A stretch of 32,000 nucleotides of DNA from Blochmannia endosymbiont of Camponotus nipponensis (GTDB taxonomy: Bacteria > Pseudomonadota > Gammaproteobacteria > Enterobacterales > Enterobacteriaceae). Positions within the stretch are counted from its first letter, which is position 1, and the number at the start of each line of letters is the position of its first letter. Below are positions 1 through 8,753 of the stretch, piece after piece. A program made the position numbers and the translations under genes. The notes beneath the pieces are model-generated. The model did no database searches, was not told where the DNA came from, and worked only from the letters and a program-made list of their open reading frames with translations. The stretch spans positions 330,001-362,000 of the forward strand of contig NZ_CP046534.1 of NCBI RefSeq assembly GCF_009827135.1, read 5' to 3'.

Positions 1-174
1 TATATATAGCAATACTATAATAATACAAATAATATTTTTTATACATATACAAAACTTCCTTGAATCAAACATACTATCATCTATAATAATGCAATGATAT
101 AAATTCGCTATATAACAAAAATTTACAATATTCTTCAGTTATAGAGTTCGCTACTAAATTACCAATAGCTTATA

Positions 175-819
175 TTAAGTTGCACGGATACGATAAGCTA
201 TCAAGTCTGAAATAGTTAAAACTGGCATTGTGTATCTATGTGCAAATGCAATTATATCTAATATACGTGCCATACTTCCATCCTCGTTGGTAACCTCACA
301 TAATACCCCAAACGGTCTAAGCCCTGCTAACACAGTTAAATCAATTGCTGCTTCCGTATGACCAAATCGAGCCAAAACCCCACCATTTCGAGCGCGCAAA
401 GGAAAAACATGACCGGGCCGATTCAAATCGGAAGGTCTTGCATTATCTTCTATAGAAGCTCTAATAGTAGTTAATCTATCTGAGGCTGACACTCCAGTAG
501 TGACTCCTTTTGCTGCTTCTATAGTGACAGTAAAAGCAGTGTTATAACGATTACTATTATCTTCTACCATCATTGCCAAATTTAACTGCTTACACCGATC
601 CTCCGTTAAACATAAACAAACAATTCCACTACCATAACGAATGGCTAATGCCATTTGTTCAACAGTCATATTTTCTGCAGCAAATATCATATCACCTTCA
701 TTCTCACGATTTTCATCATCCATTACCAAAATACCACGACCACGACGTAACGCTTCTAACGCATTTTGAACGCGCTGTATAGGTGTACCAAATTTAGATA
801 AAAATTTCCGCCGATGCAT
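175..819 (-). CDS. ribB: 3,4-dihydroxy-2-butanone 4-phosphate synthase
   Basis: The ORF 175..840 aligns end to end with E. coli RibB (LSKFGTP.., [42 protein letters not shown]). The ORF-track start at 840 is TTG. The ATG at 819 ([13 protein letters not shown]) matches the RibB N-terminus and has AGGA about 10 nt upstream. Confidence 0.93.
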   Translation of the reverse strand: MHRRKFLSKFGTPIQRVQNALEALRRGRGILVMDDENRENEGDMIFAAENMTVEQMALAIRYGSGIVCLCLTEDRCKQLNLAMMVEDNSNRYNTAFTVTIEAAKGVTTGVSASDRLTTIRASIEDNARPSDLNRPGHVFPLRARNGGVLARFGHTEAAIDLTVLAGLRPFGVLCEVTNEDGSMARILDIIAFAHRYTMPVLTISDLIAYRIRAT

Positions 820-1695
820 GATTATTTCAATCCTTCTCAAATACCATAATTTATCAACATCAAAACAAACTCACTATAAGTACAAATATAATTTAAAACC
901 CAAATACATATTAACTAAAATTTCTATACATTGTCCTCTTTATTCAAACTATCTCCACAAATATTTAAATTATACAACACCAACATACATAAAATCTCCA
1001 TAACAATACTCTACTTATTACATATTTTTATCGTAAAAAATACAATTCATAGATATCATAAACTATTCTCAAACCAACCATTCCATCTGACTTTAAAAAT
1101 AAATTAACACATTAGATATTTCATGGCATATGTGCCATATAAAGAAACTAGAAACATGTATTACAACAATATTTATTGTACTTAATATCACAGTGAGTGA
1201 TTAAAATAACTAATAGGATCAATTACATTAATCTTACAAATTAAAAAAAACAAGACCATTATTACATGATCCATTTCCTACAATTATTCAATATTTTACA
1301 TATAATTTATATGAAAACACCTTAAAACTATTTAGTAGATGAAACGATATAATATAAATTATTACAGTCAAAATAACTAATTACAAATATCAAATCTTAT
1401 TTAAAGCTCAACAAAAAATAATCAAAAAATTTAAAATATCATACACCAAACATAAACATCAACTTCACAGTAAATGGAACATTCATTATTCTAATAGTGA
1501 ACTAAATTAAAAAATCTTATATAATCACATTATTATCAACACATATAATCATATCATTAATATATCAATATATTGATACCCTATTTGTATCTGAGTAGTA
1601 TGATTACACACAAAATTCCTTACTTTTGAAATAGTTATTATACTTTCATTAGCATCGTATCATAAATACATATCCATAATATATTCACATTATCT

Positions 1696-3129
1696 TTAAT
1701 TTTTATGTTTCATAACATTAATAATATTACTGCTAGAATAACCAGTTTCAAAATTTAAAACATGCACTGTTCCTCCACTATTTAATACTTCTCGACTACC
1801 TTCAATATCACAAATATGATAATCACCACCTTTCACTAAGAAATCTGGGGACAAATTTGCAATTAATCTTGCAGGTGTATCCTCATTAAAAGGTACAACC
1901 CAATCTACTACTGTTAAAGCAGCTAATATAAGCATGCGCTTTTCTAGAGTGTTTATGGGTCTTGTTTTACCTTTTAAACGCCTCGTTGAATCATCACTAT
2001 TGACGGCCACAACTAATCTATCCCCAAGCTTTTTGGCATTAGTTAAATAACTTATATGACCAGGATGCAATATATCAAATACACCATTAGTCATGACTAT
2101 TTTTTCTCCTCTATTACGTACGAAAGATATTGTCTGTTTTAACGTTTCCTCATCTAAAATACCATAGGGTATATTAACATATGCAGAGCTACTCATGACA
2201 TTTTCCATCTCAATTGAATTAATCGTAGAAGTCCCAAATTTTCTTACTACAGCACCAGCGGCTAAATTTGCTAAAAAACACGATTCCTCTAAACTTTTAC
2301 CAGAAGATAACGCTACTGATAACATAGCAACTACTGTGTCACCAGCTCCAGTTACATCATATACTTCCTTTGTCTGAGTGGGAAAATACAATGGAGATGT
2401 ATCCCTCATACATAAAATCATACCTTTTTCAGCACGCGTAATTAATAAAGCTGATAAATTGTAATCAATTATAATTTCTTGAGCGCGATTTATTAAAATT
2501 TTTTCATCACGACAAAATCCTACTACCGATTCAAATTCTGATATATTAGGGGTCAATAAAGTAGCTCCTTTATAACGAGCGAATTGTACACCTTTAGGAT
2601 CTATTATGATTGGCATATTAACATAACGCGCCAATTTAATAATTTCTTCTATGCGATTTAACGAACCTTTAGCATAATCAGATAAAACTAATACCTTATA
2701 TTTTGGTAAATACAATTCAACTTGTTTCAATAATTTGGTAGTATCAACACTGTTAAAACATTTTTCAAAATCTAATCTGATAAGTTGTTGATTACGGGAC
2801 ATTATACGCAATTTAATTATGGTAGGACACGTATCAATTGAGATAAAATTCCATTTTATCTTTGATTCATCAAGCTGTTTTTTTAAAATTCTAGCCGCTT
2901 CATCAACTCCAGTTATCCCTAATAATCTTGATTGCGCACCTAAAGCAGCAATATTCATTGCGACATTAGCAGCTCCACCTGGTCTATCTATAATTTTATC
3001 AATCTTAACGATTGGAACCGGTGCTTCTGGAGAAATCTTATCAGTAGACCCATACCAATATCGGTCTAACATAACATCCCCTACAATTAATACGCTAGAC
3101 CTAAAAAAATTTGGAAAAATAGCAGCCAT
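1696..3129 (-). CDS. hldE: Bifunctional D-beta-D-heptose 7-phosphate kinase / D-beta-D-heptose 1-phosphate adenylyltransferase (LPS core heptose synthesis)
   Basis: The product is 477 aa, the same length as E. coli HldE (RfaE). It is colinear throughout: [40 protein letters not shown], and the C-terminal cytidylyltransferase block [18 protein letters not shown] at 3129. Confidence 0.93.
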   Translation of the reverse strand: MAAIFPNFFRSSVLIVGDVMLDRYWYGSTDKISPEAPVPIVKIDKIIDRPGGAANVAMNIAALGAQSRLLGITGVDEAARILKKQLDESKIKWNFISIDTCPTIIKLRIMSRNQQLIRLDFEKCFNSVDTTKLLKQVELYLPKYKVLVLSDYAKGSLNRIEEIIKLARYVNMPIIIDPKGVQFARYKGATLLTPNISEFESVVGFCRDEKILINRAQEIIIDYNLSALLITRAEKGMILCMRDTSPLYFPTQTKEVYDVTGAGDTVVAMLSVALSSGKSLEESCFLANLAAGAVVRKFGTSTINSIEMENVMSSSAYVNIPYGILDEETLKQTISFVRNRGEKIVMTNGVFDILHPGHISYLTNAKKLGDRLVVAVNSDDSTRRLKGKTRPINTLEKRMLILAALTVVDWVVPFNEDTPARLIANLSPDFLVKGGDYHICDIEGSREVLNSGGTVHVLNFETGYSSSNIINVMKHKN

Positions 3130-3574
3130 AATTCACTTAATAAACATTCCTAAATAAATAAAAAATAGTTGATTCTATATAAAATTAATAATAATAACAT
3201 ATTAAATTATTCGGTAAGCAATGAAAATCAATAATACCAATAAATCTTGGTATATTTATAACACCGCGCTGAAACACTGTTAAACTTACATTCCTTAAAA
3301 AAAATAAATAACATTTTATATTAGATTTAAAAATCTGTATTTATGTTGTCATACACAGATTGTTTATACCATACATAACCCTATATATTCTGATGAATTG
3401 ATTTTTTTCACAACTATCGAAACAATTATCTAACAATTTTTATTTAATATGATTAAGAAAAATAAAAAACCACTACATTTTATTTCGGATCATCACAATC
3501 CATATAAAATAGTTTTATTTTTAATCAATCAGCATCGTTTTTAATATTACAATCATGTATTTGAGAATTAAAAA

Positions 3575-4801
3575 ATGGAAAAATATTTAGTAGGTGGCGC
3601 TGTACGAGACACATTATTAAAACTACCAGTGCAAGAAAAAGATTGGGTAGTAATAGGATCTAGTCCGCAAGAAATGTTAAATATAGGTTATGAACAAGTC
3701 GGAAAAGATTTTCCTGTTTTCCTGCATCCAGAAAGTCATGAAGAATACGCATTAGCGCGTACTGAACATAAATCTGGTCAAGGATACACTGGATTTACTT
3801 GTAATACAACTCCTTCGATTACTATTGAAGAAGATCTGTATCGAAGAGATTTAACTATTAATGCTATGGCTTATGACTCACATGGAAATCTTATAGATCC
3901 ATATCACGGGCAACGAGATATACAATTACGACTATTAAGACACGTTTCTCAAGCATTTAATGAAGATCCTTTGCGAGTATTAAGAGTCGCGCGCTTTGCT
4001 GCTCAATTTACACATATGAATTTTACTATAGCTTCAGAAACACTAATATTAATGCAACAAATGATTCACGAATTAATATCACTATCCCCAGAGCGTATAT
4101 GGACAGAAACAAAAAAAGCTTTAATTACAGATAATCCACAGGTATACTTCATAGTTTTACATCACTGCGGAGCCTTAAAAATTTTATTTCCCGAATTAGA
4201 TGCATTATTCAATATACCTGATCCAATACAATACCGTACAAAAATTAATACCGGTTGCCATACTATGTTGACACTTTCCAAGTCTGCTCGCTTAACAAAT
4301 GATCTTAATGTACGCTTTTCTGTTTTATGTCGTAACTTAAAGAAAGGAATAAATTCCAACAAAAAAAACAAATACACCAAACATCACGATTACAGAAAAT
4401 TAGGTACTGCTTTAATTGATGATCTATGCAATAGATTTAAAATACCATATGAAATTCGTAATTTCGCAAAAATTATTTCAGAGTATCATGACTATTTATA
4501 TGACATTGAAACATTAACCCCTGAAATGTTAATGACCTTATTCCGTGTTTTTGATTGTTGGAGACGCCCTAAAAGAATAGAACAAATTGTCTTAGTCAGT
4601 AAATCCGATACATTAAGACATATGAGTTATAAAATAAATTCATCTAATACAGAAGGTTTTCTGAGTACAGCCTTCGCTGTTACAAAAAAAATTTCCATTG
4701 CAGACATTATTAAAGACGGATTTACTGGAGTAAATATAAGCAAAGAATTATATACCAGACGATTAGATGCCTTAAACATATGGAAAAATAAACATACATA
4801 A
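3575..4801 (+). CDS. cca: tRNA nucleotidyltransferase (CCA-adding enzyme), class II
   Basis: The 408-aa product is colinear with E. coli Cca (412 aa): YLVGGAVRD, DWVV.GS.PQEML, GKDFPVFLHP..HEEYALARTE.KSG.GYTGF, RRDLTINA, EDPLRVLRVARFAA. The C-terminal HD-domain region is present but its HD doublet reads RN (see findings). Confidence 0.9.
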   Translation: MEKYLVGGAVRDTLLKLPVQEKDWVVIGSSPQEMLNIGYEQVGKDFPVFLHPESHEEYALARTEHKSGQGYTGFTCNTTPSITIEEDLYRRDLTINAMAYDSHGNLIDPYHGQRDIQLRLLRHVSQAFNEDPLRVLRVARFAAQFTHMNFTIASETLILMQQMIHELISLSPERIWTETKKALITDNPQVYFIVLHHCGALKILFPELDALFNIPDPIQYRTKINTGCHTMLTLSKSARLTNDLNVRFSVLCRNLKKGINSNKKNKYTKHHDYRKLGTALIDDLCNRFKIPYEIRNFAKIISEYHDYLYDIETLTPEMLMTLFRVFDCWRRPKRIEQIVLVSKSDTLRHMSYKINSSNTEGFLSTAFAVTKKISIADIIKDGFTGVNISKELYTRRLDALNIWKNKHT

Positions 4802-5081
4802 AACAATAAATAATATTTACACACAAAACTTTAAAAAACACTGTAAATAATTAAATAAATTCAATTGAATACACTCAATCGTAAAATTATGCACAATAAA
4901 CCACATGCTTACCGTTAATTATTATTAAATCTATCTAACAACAGACATTACTACACGGCTGACATTTATGCTAGCTATATACATGTAATATTAATTATTT
5001 CATGTCATATTTAATCAAAAAATCAACGCACACACATATATATTGTATATATAATAATAAGATTTCATTAAACAGTTAACT

Positions 5082-5915
5082 TTAATCAACAATTAATCCC
5101 CAATAAATAACTCCAGCTAAAAAAAAACGATATATAGCAAAAGGAATTAAAGAAAAACCTTGAACTATTTTTAAAAATAATCTTACAGTGAATAATGCTA
5201 TAGTAAAAGCTATAATACTACCCCCAATCAAAAAAAAAGCACCTATTGTATCAATAACAGATTCATAACGATATAAAGTCAATACTGTAGCACCAAATAT
5301 AATAGGTATCGCTAAAAAAAATGAAAATTCTAATGAAATATTTCGATTCAAACCCACTAACAATCCACCTCCAATAGTAGCTCCAGAACGAGAAAATCCT
5401 GGCCAAAACGCTAAACATTGAAAACATCCAATTAAAAAAGCTTGCAAACAAGTTATATTATCAATATTTGATACACGTGGTTCTTTAGGTAAATATAATT
5501 CTCCAACTAATAAAAATATCCCTCCAATAATTAGTCCATACATAATATATGTTAACTCAAAAAATAATCTAATATTTTCATAAAAAACTACACCTAATAT
5601 TATCCCCGGGAACGTTCCTAATAATATATGACGAATGCATAAATGATTGTTGGCATAATGTTGTTTAATAAATATTTTTCTTATACAAATTACACCCATA
5701 CTATATAATCTATTCCAAAAAATTTTTGTTATAGACAAAATAGCACCTAATTGAATAATCACAGTAAAAATCTTAACTGAATCATCCGTACAATTTAAAA
5801 TACTTTGAACCAATATCATGTGTCCTGTTGAAGAAATAGGAAGAAATTCTGTCAAACCTTCTACTACTGCCAAAATAAACGAAATAATTAATTTATGTGC
5901 ATCAATATCTAACAT
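5082..5915 (-). CDS. uppP: Undecaprenyl-diphosphate phosphatase
   Basis: Matches E. coli UppP/BacA: VVEGLTEFLP.SSTGHMI, IQLG.IL, AF.IGCFQCLA.WPGFSRSGATI.GG, EFSF.LA.P...GAT, IPFAIYRF. The ATG at 5915 (MLDIDAHKLI..) fits the UppP N-terminus better than the ORF-track start at 5972. Confidence 0.9.
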   Translation of the reverse strand: MLDIDAHKLIISFILAVVEGLTEFLPISSTGHMILVQSILNCTDDSVKIFTVIIQLGAILSITKIFWNRLYSMGVICIRKIFIKQHYANNHLCIRHILLGTFPGIILGVVFYENIRLFFELTYIMYGLIIGGIFLLVGELYLPKEPRVSNIDNITCLQAFLIGCFQCLAFWPGFSRSGATIGGGLLVGLNRNISLEFSFFLAIPIIFGATVLTLYRYESVIDTIGAFFLIGGSIIAFTIALFTVRLFLKIVQGFSLIPFAIYRFFLAGVIYWGLIVD

Positions 5916-6082
5916 TAATGATCCAAAATAAATAACATTATTATTTTTTAAAACATTTAAACAAATACACATTAATTACTATATAAATTACCATATCATC
6001 CATAAAATATAGAACACAATTGTACTAATTAATGTTAAAAATTTTTCTTATTTACTAAGTACATCATATCTTTATTTATTAA

Positions 6083-6463
6083 TTAACTATCTTTTAAAAA
6101 TTCAAAAAATGTTTTATTTTTTCGTTCAATACATATACCAACGTTAAAAGCATCATGAATTGCTCCAGGTTTACTCACTTTTACACGAACCCCAAAAATA
6201 AAATATTTTTCTATTAATACACTTGCTATTAAATTAGCCACATCTTCTATTAAACAAAAATGTTTTCCACTTACTAAACTAAGTACAGTTTGACTCACAT
6301 GAGTATAATCAATATAAGACGATATACTTTTTTTATCTAAAAAATATTTAATATTATATGACAATTGCAAATCAAAAATTAACCTCTGCAAACATTTTTT
6401 TTCCCAATCATGTATGCCTATATACGTCATTACTGTCAGTTGCTCAATAAATAAGATATCCAT
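6083..6463 (-). CDS. folB: Dihydroneopterin aldolase
   Basis: The N-terminus MDILFIEQLTVMTYIGIHDWEK parallels E. coli FolB MDIVFIEQLSVITTIGVYDWEQ. The C-terminal block VKVSKPGAI...NVGI.IER is also present. It sits next to uppP as in E. coli. Start taken at the third codon of the listed ORF. Confidence 0.85.
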   Translation of the reverse strand: MDILFIEQLTVMTYIGIHDWEKKCLQRLIFDLQLSYNIKYFLDKKSISSYIDYTHVSQTVLSLVSGKHFCLIEDVANLIASVLIEKYFIFGVRVKVSKPGAIHDAFNVGICIERKNKTFFEFLKDS

Positions 6464-6586
6464 TATCATATACTACATTAAATTATATAAATAAATTATC
6501 TATTTAAATAATATTACTGTTAAATATACACGCCATGTGTAATATATATACACATATAATTTTTATTCATTCTAAACAAAATAATC

Positions 6587-7174
6587 ATGACTCTTTATTC
6601 TATTTTCATCATAATATTTGCTTATTTTTTAGGATCAATATCTAGCGCCATTCTGATATGCAAAATATTACATTTTCCAGACCCAAGAGATTTTGGCTCC
6701 AAAAATCCTGGGGCTACTAATATTTTTCGTATAGCAGGTCGTAAAATTGCAATCAGTGTAATAGTATTTGACATACTAAAAGGTGTGATCCCTATATGGT
6801 TAGGATATTATTCAAAAATTCCACCTGTTTTTTTAGGAGCTACAGCGATTTTTACCTGCTTAGGACACATGTATCCTATATTTTTTCGCTTTCATGGAGG
6901 AAAAGGTGTAGCTACTGCATTTGGAGCGCTTACAACAATAAATTTTGACCTTGCCATTGTCATGATAAGTACCTGGATCATAACTGTGTTATCTACTGGA
7001 TATTCCTCAGTAGGAGCTATTGTTACTGCACTCATTATACCCTGTTACGCTTGGTATTTTCAATCTCAATATTTTATTCTAACAATCATAATATCCTCTT
7101 TAGTTATAATAAGACATTCTTCCAATATTCAAAGATTATGGCATCATCAAGAAAAACATATTTGGCGTAATTAA
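6587..7174 (+). CDS. plsY: Glycerol-3-phosphate acyltransferase (acyl-phosphate dependent)
   Basis: Strong match to E. coli PlsY/YgiH: GSISSAIL.C, PDPR..GS.NPGATN..R, FD.LKG..P.W, CLGH..P.FF.F.GGKGVATAFGA, SGYSS.GAIV.ALI.P, RH..NIQRLW...E..IW. Confidence 0.9.
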   Translation: MTLYSIFIIIFAYFLGSISSAILICKILHFPDPRDFGSKNPGATNIFRIAGRKIAISVIVFDILKGVIPIWLGYYSKIPPVFLGATAIFTCLGHMYPIFFRFHGGKGVATAFGALTTINFDLAIVMISTWIITVLSTGYSSVGAIVTALIIPCYAWYFQSQYFILTIIISSLVIIRHSSNIQRLWHHQEKHIWRN

Positions 7175-7210
7175 CACAAAATATATCTAAAAAAATAATT
7201 ACGATGATGA

Positions 7211-8227
7211 TTATTTTATTCGAGCAAGAACTTCTAAGGACCAACGTGGCCTTACTAAGATGGATAAATCGCTAAATAATCCAGCTTTTAGTCGCATTAA
7301 TCCAGTATAAGCCACCATTGCTCCATTATCTGTACAAAATTCTTGTCTAGGATAAAACAAACTTCCTTTTAAGGCATACATCATTTTTAAAAGATACGCT
7401 CTCAACGCATGATTAGCGCTAACACCCCCCGATATTACTAAACATTTTAATCCAGTTTGTTCTAATGCACGACGACATTTTATCCCTAATGTTTCAATAA
7501 TTGCATCTTCAAATGCACGTGCAATATCAGCGTAAGTCTGAACATCATGAGCACTGAACATAATAGTATTGACAACACATGTTTTTAATCCAGAAAAACT
7601 AAAATTTAAACCTGGACGATCAGTCATGGGTCGAGGAAATACATAACGATCTGAAATACCTTTCCGAGCCATTTTTGACAACACAGCACCTCCAGGATAT
7701 TTTAATCCCAATAGTACAGCAATCTTATCAAATACTTCCCCCACAGCATCATCCAAAGATTCTCCCAAAATTTTATATTCCCCTATATGACTTGCTGAAA
7801 CAAGTTGAGTATGTCCACCAGATACTAGTAACGCTACAAACGGAAATTCAGGAGCCTTCTTTTCTAACATTGGTGCTAACAAATGCGCTTCCATATGATG
7901 AATATCAATAGCAGGTATTTTCCAAGCATAAGCCAGCGTTCTCGCAATAGTTGCTCCAACCAATAAAGATCCTATCAAACCAGGTCCAGCCGTATATGCT
8001 ATCCCATCAATATCCTTAGACTCTAAATGCACTTGCTTTAATGTAGATATAATCAAAGGAATTATTTTTCGTGTATGATCACGAGCAGCCAATTCAGGCA
8101 CAACTCCTCCATAATCAGCGTGCAACATATTTTGACTATATACTTTATTAACCAATAACCCTTGATATTGATCATAAATTGCCACACCAGTTTCATCACA
8201 TGAAGTTTCAATACCTAAAACACGCAT
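7211..8227 (-). CDS. tsaD: tRNA N6-adenosine threonylcarbamoyltransferase
   Basis: [19 protein letters not shown].., [88 protein letters not shown]. This is essentially E. coli TsaD (Gcp/YgjD). The ATG at 8227 corresponds to the E. coli start. The gene is divergent from rpsU as in E. coli. Confidence 0.93.
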   Translation of the reverse strand: MRVLGIETSCDETGVAIYDQYQGLLVNKVYSQNMLHADYGGVVPELAARDHTRKIIPLIISTLKQVHLESKDIDGIAYTAGPGLIGSLLVGATIARTLAYAWKIPAIDIHHMEAHLLAPMLEKKAPEFPFVALLVSGGHTQLVSASHIGEYKILGESLDDAVGEVFDKIAVLLGLKYPGGAVLSKMARKGISDRYVFPRPMTDRPGLNFSFSGLKTCVVNTIMFSAHDVQTYADIARAFEDAIIETLGIKCRRALEQTGLKCLVISGGVSANHALRAYLLKMMYALKGSLFYPRQEFCTDNGAMVAYTGLMRLKAGLFSDLSILVRPRWSLEVLARIK

Positions 8228-8376
8228 ATATACTCCATATTCGATCAATAATTGCAAAATACTTCACATTAGTGTTATATTTCATGCCATAATGTTTAAT
8301 GTTATACTATAAAATAGTAAAAATATAAATTATTTTACTACATTAAGAAGAACAATCATAATAGAGATAAAGATAC

Positions 8377-8592
8377 ATGCCAATAATAAAAGTACGTGAT
8401 AACGAATCATTTGACGTAGCGCTCCGACGTTTTAAAAGATCTTGTGAAAAATCAGGAATTTTATCTGAAGTACGTCGCAGAGAATTTTATGAAAAACCAA
8501 CCACAGAACGTAAAAGAGCCAAAGCATCAGCAATTAAACGTCATACAAAAAAACTAGCCCGAGAAAATTTGAGACGAATCCGATTATATTAA
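8377..8592 (+). CDS. rpsU: 30S ribosomal protein S21
   Basis: The 71-aa product [56 protein letters not shown] is near-identical to E. coli S21. It is the first gene of the conserved rpsU-dnaG-rpoD operon. Confidence 0.96.
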   Translation: MPIIKVRDNESFDVALRRFKRSCEKSGILSEVRRREFYEKPTTERKRAKASAIKRHTKKLARENLRRIRLY

Positions 8593-8714
8593 ACAATATT
8601 TGCATACTTTTATATTCAAAAAAATGCATAATACAACCTATTTCTAGTAATCGATAAAACTCATCGTATATATTTAGGTGCACAAAATTTAATCACAAAT
8701 AATAATAGTTTTGA

Positions 8715-8737
8715 GTGTTATTTGCTCTCAATAACAC
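8715..8737 (+). promoter_or_regulatory. Stem-loop in the rpsU-dnaG spacer, 5 nt upstream of the dnaG Shine-Dalgarno
   Basis: GTGTTATT (8715-8722) and AATAACAC (8730-8737) form a perfect 8-bp stem with a 7-nt loop. AAAC and then AAGGA (8743-8747) follow. There is no U-tract, so it is not a canonical terminator. It occupies the position of the attenuating structure between rpsU and dnaG in E. coli. Any function is inferred only. Confidence 0.3.
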
Positions 8738-8753
8738 AAACTAAGGAAATCTA

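Noticed and set aside
2195-3157. ORFs 2195..2377 and 2819..3157 antisense to hldE. Similar shadow ORFs are 573..782, 4162..4380, 4627..4824, 5263..5451, 7675..7911, 11705..12447, 15313..15498, 18437..18902, 20031..20285, 20727..21047, 21702..22046 and 30682..30927.
   Set aside because: All are nested in, or antisense to, strongly supported conserved genes. Their low-complexity translations resemble nothing I recognise. These are typical shadow ORFs.
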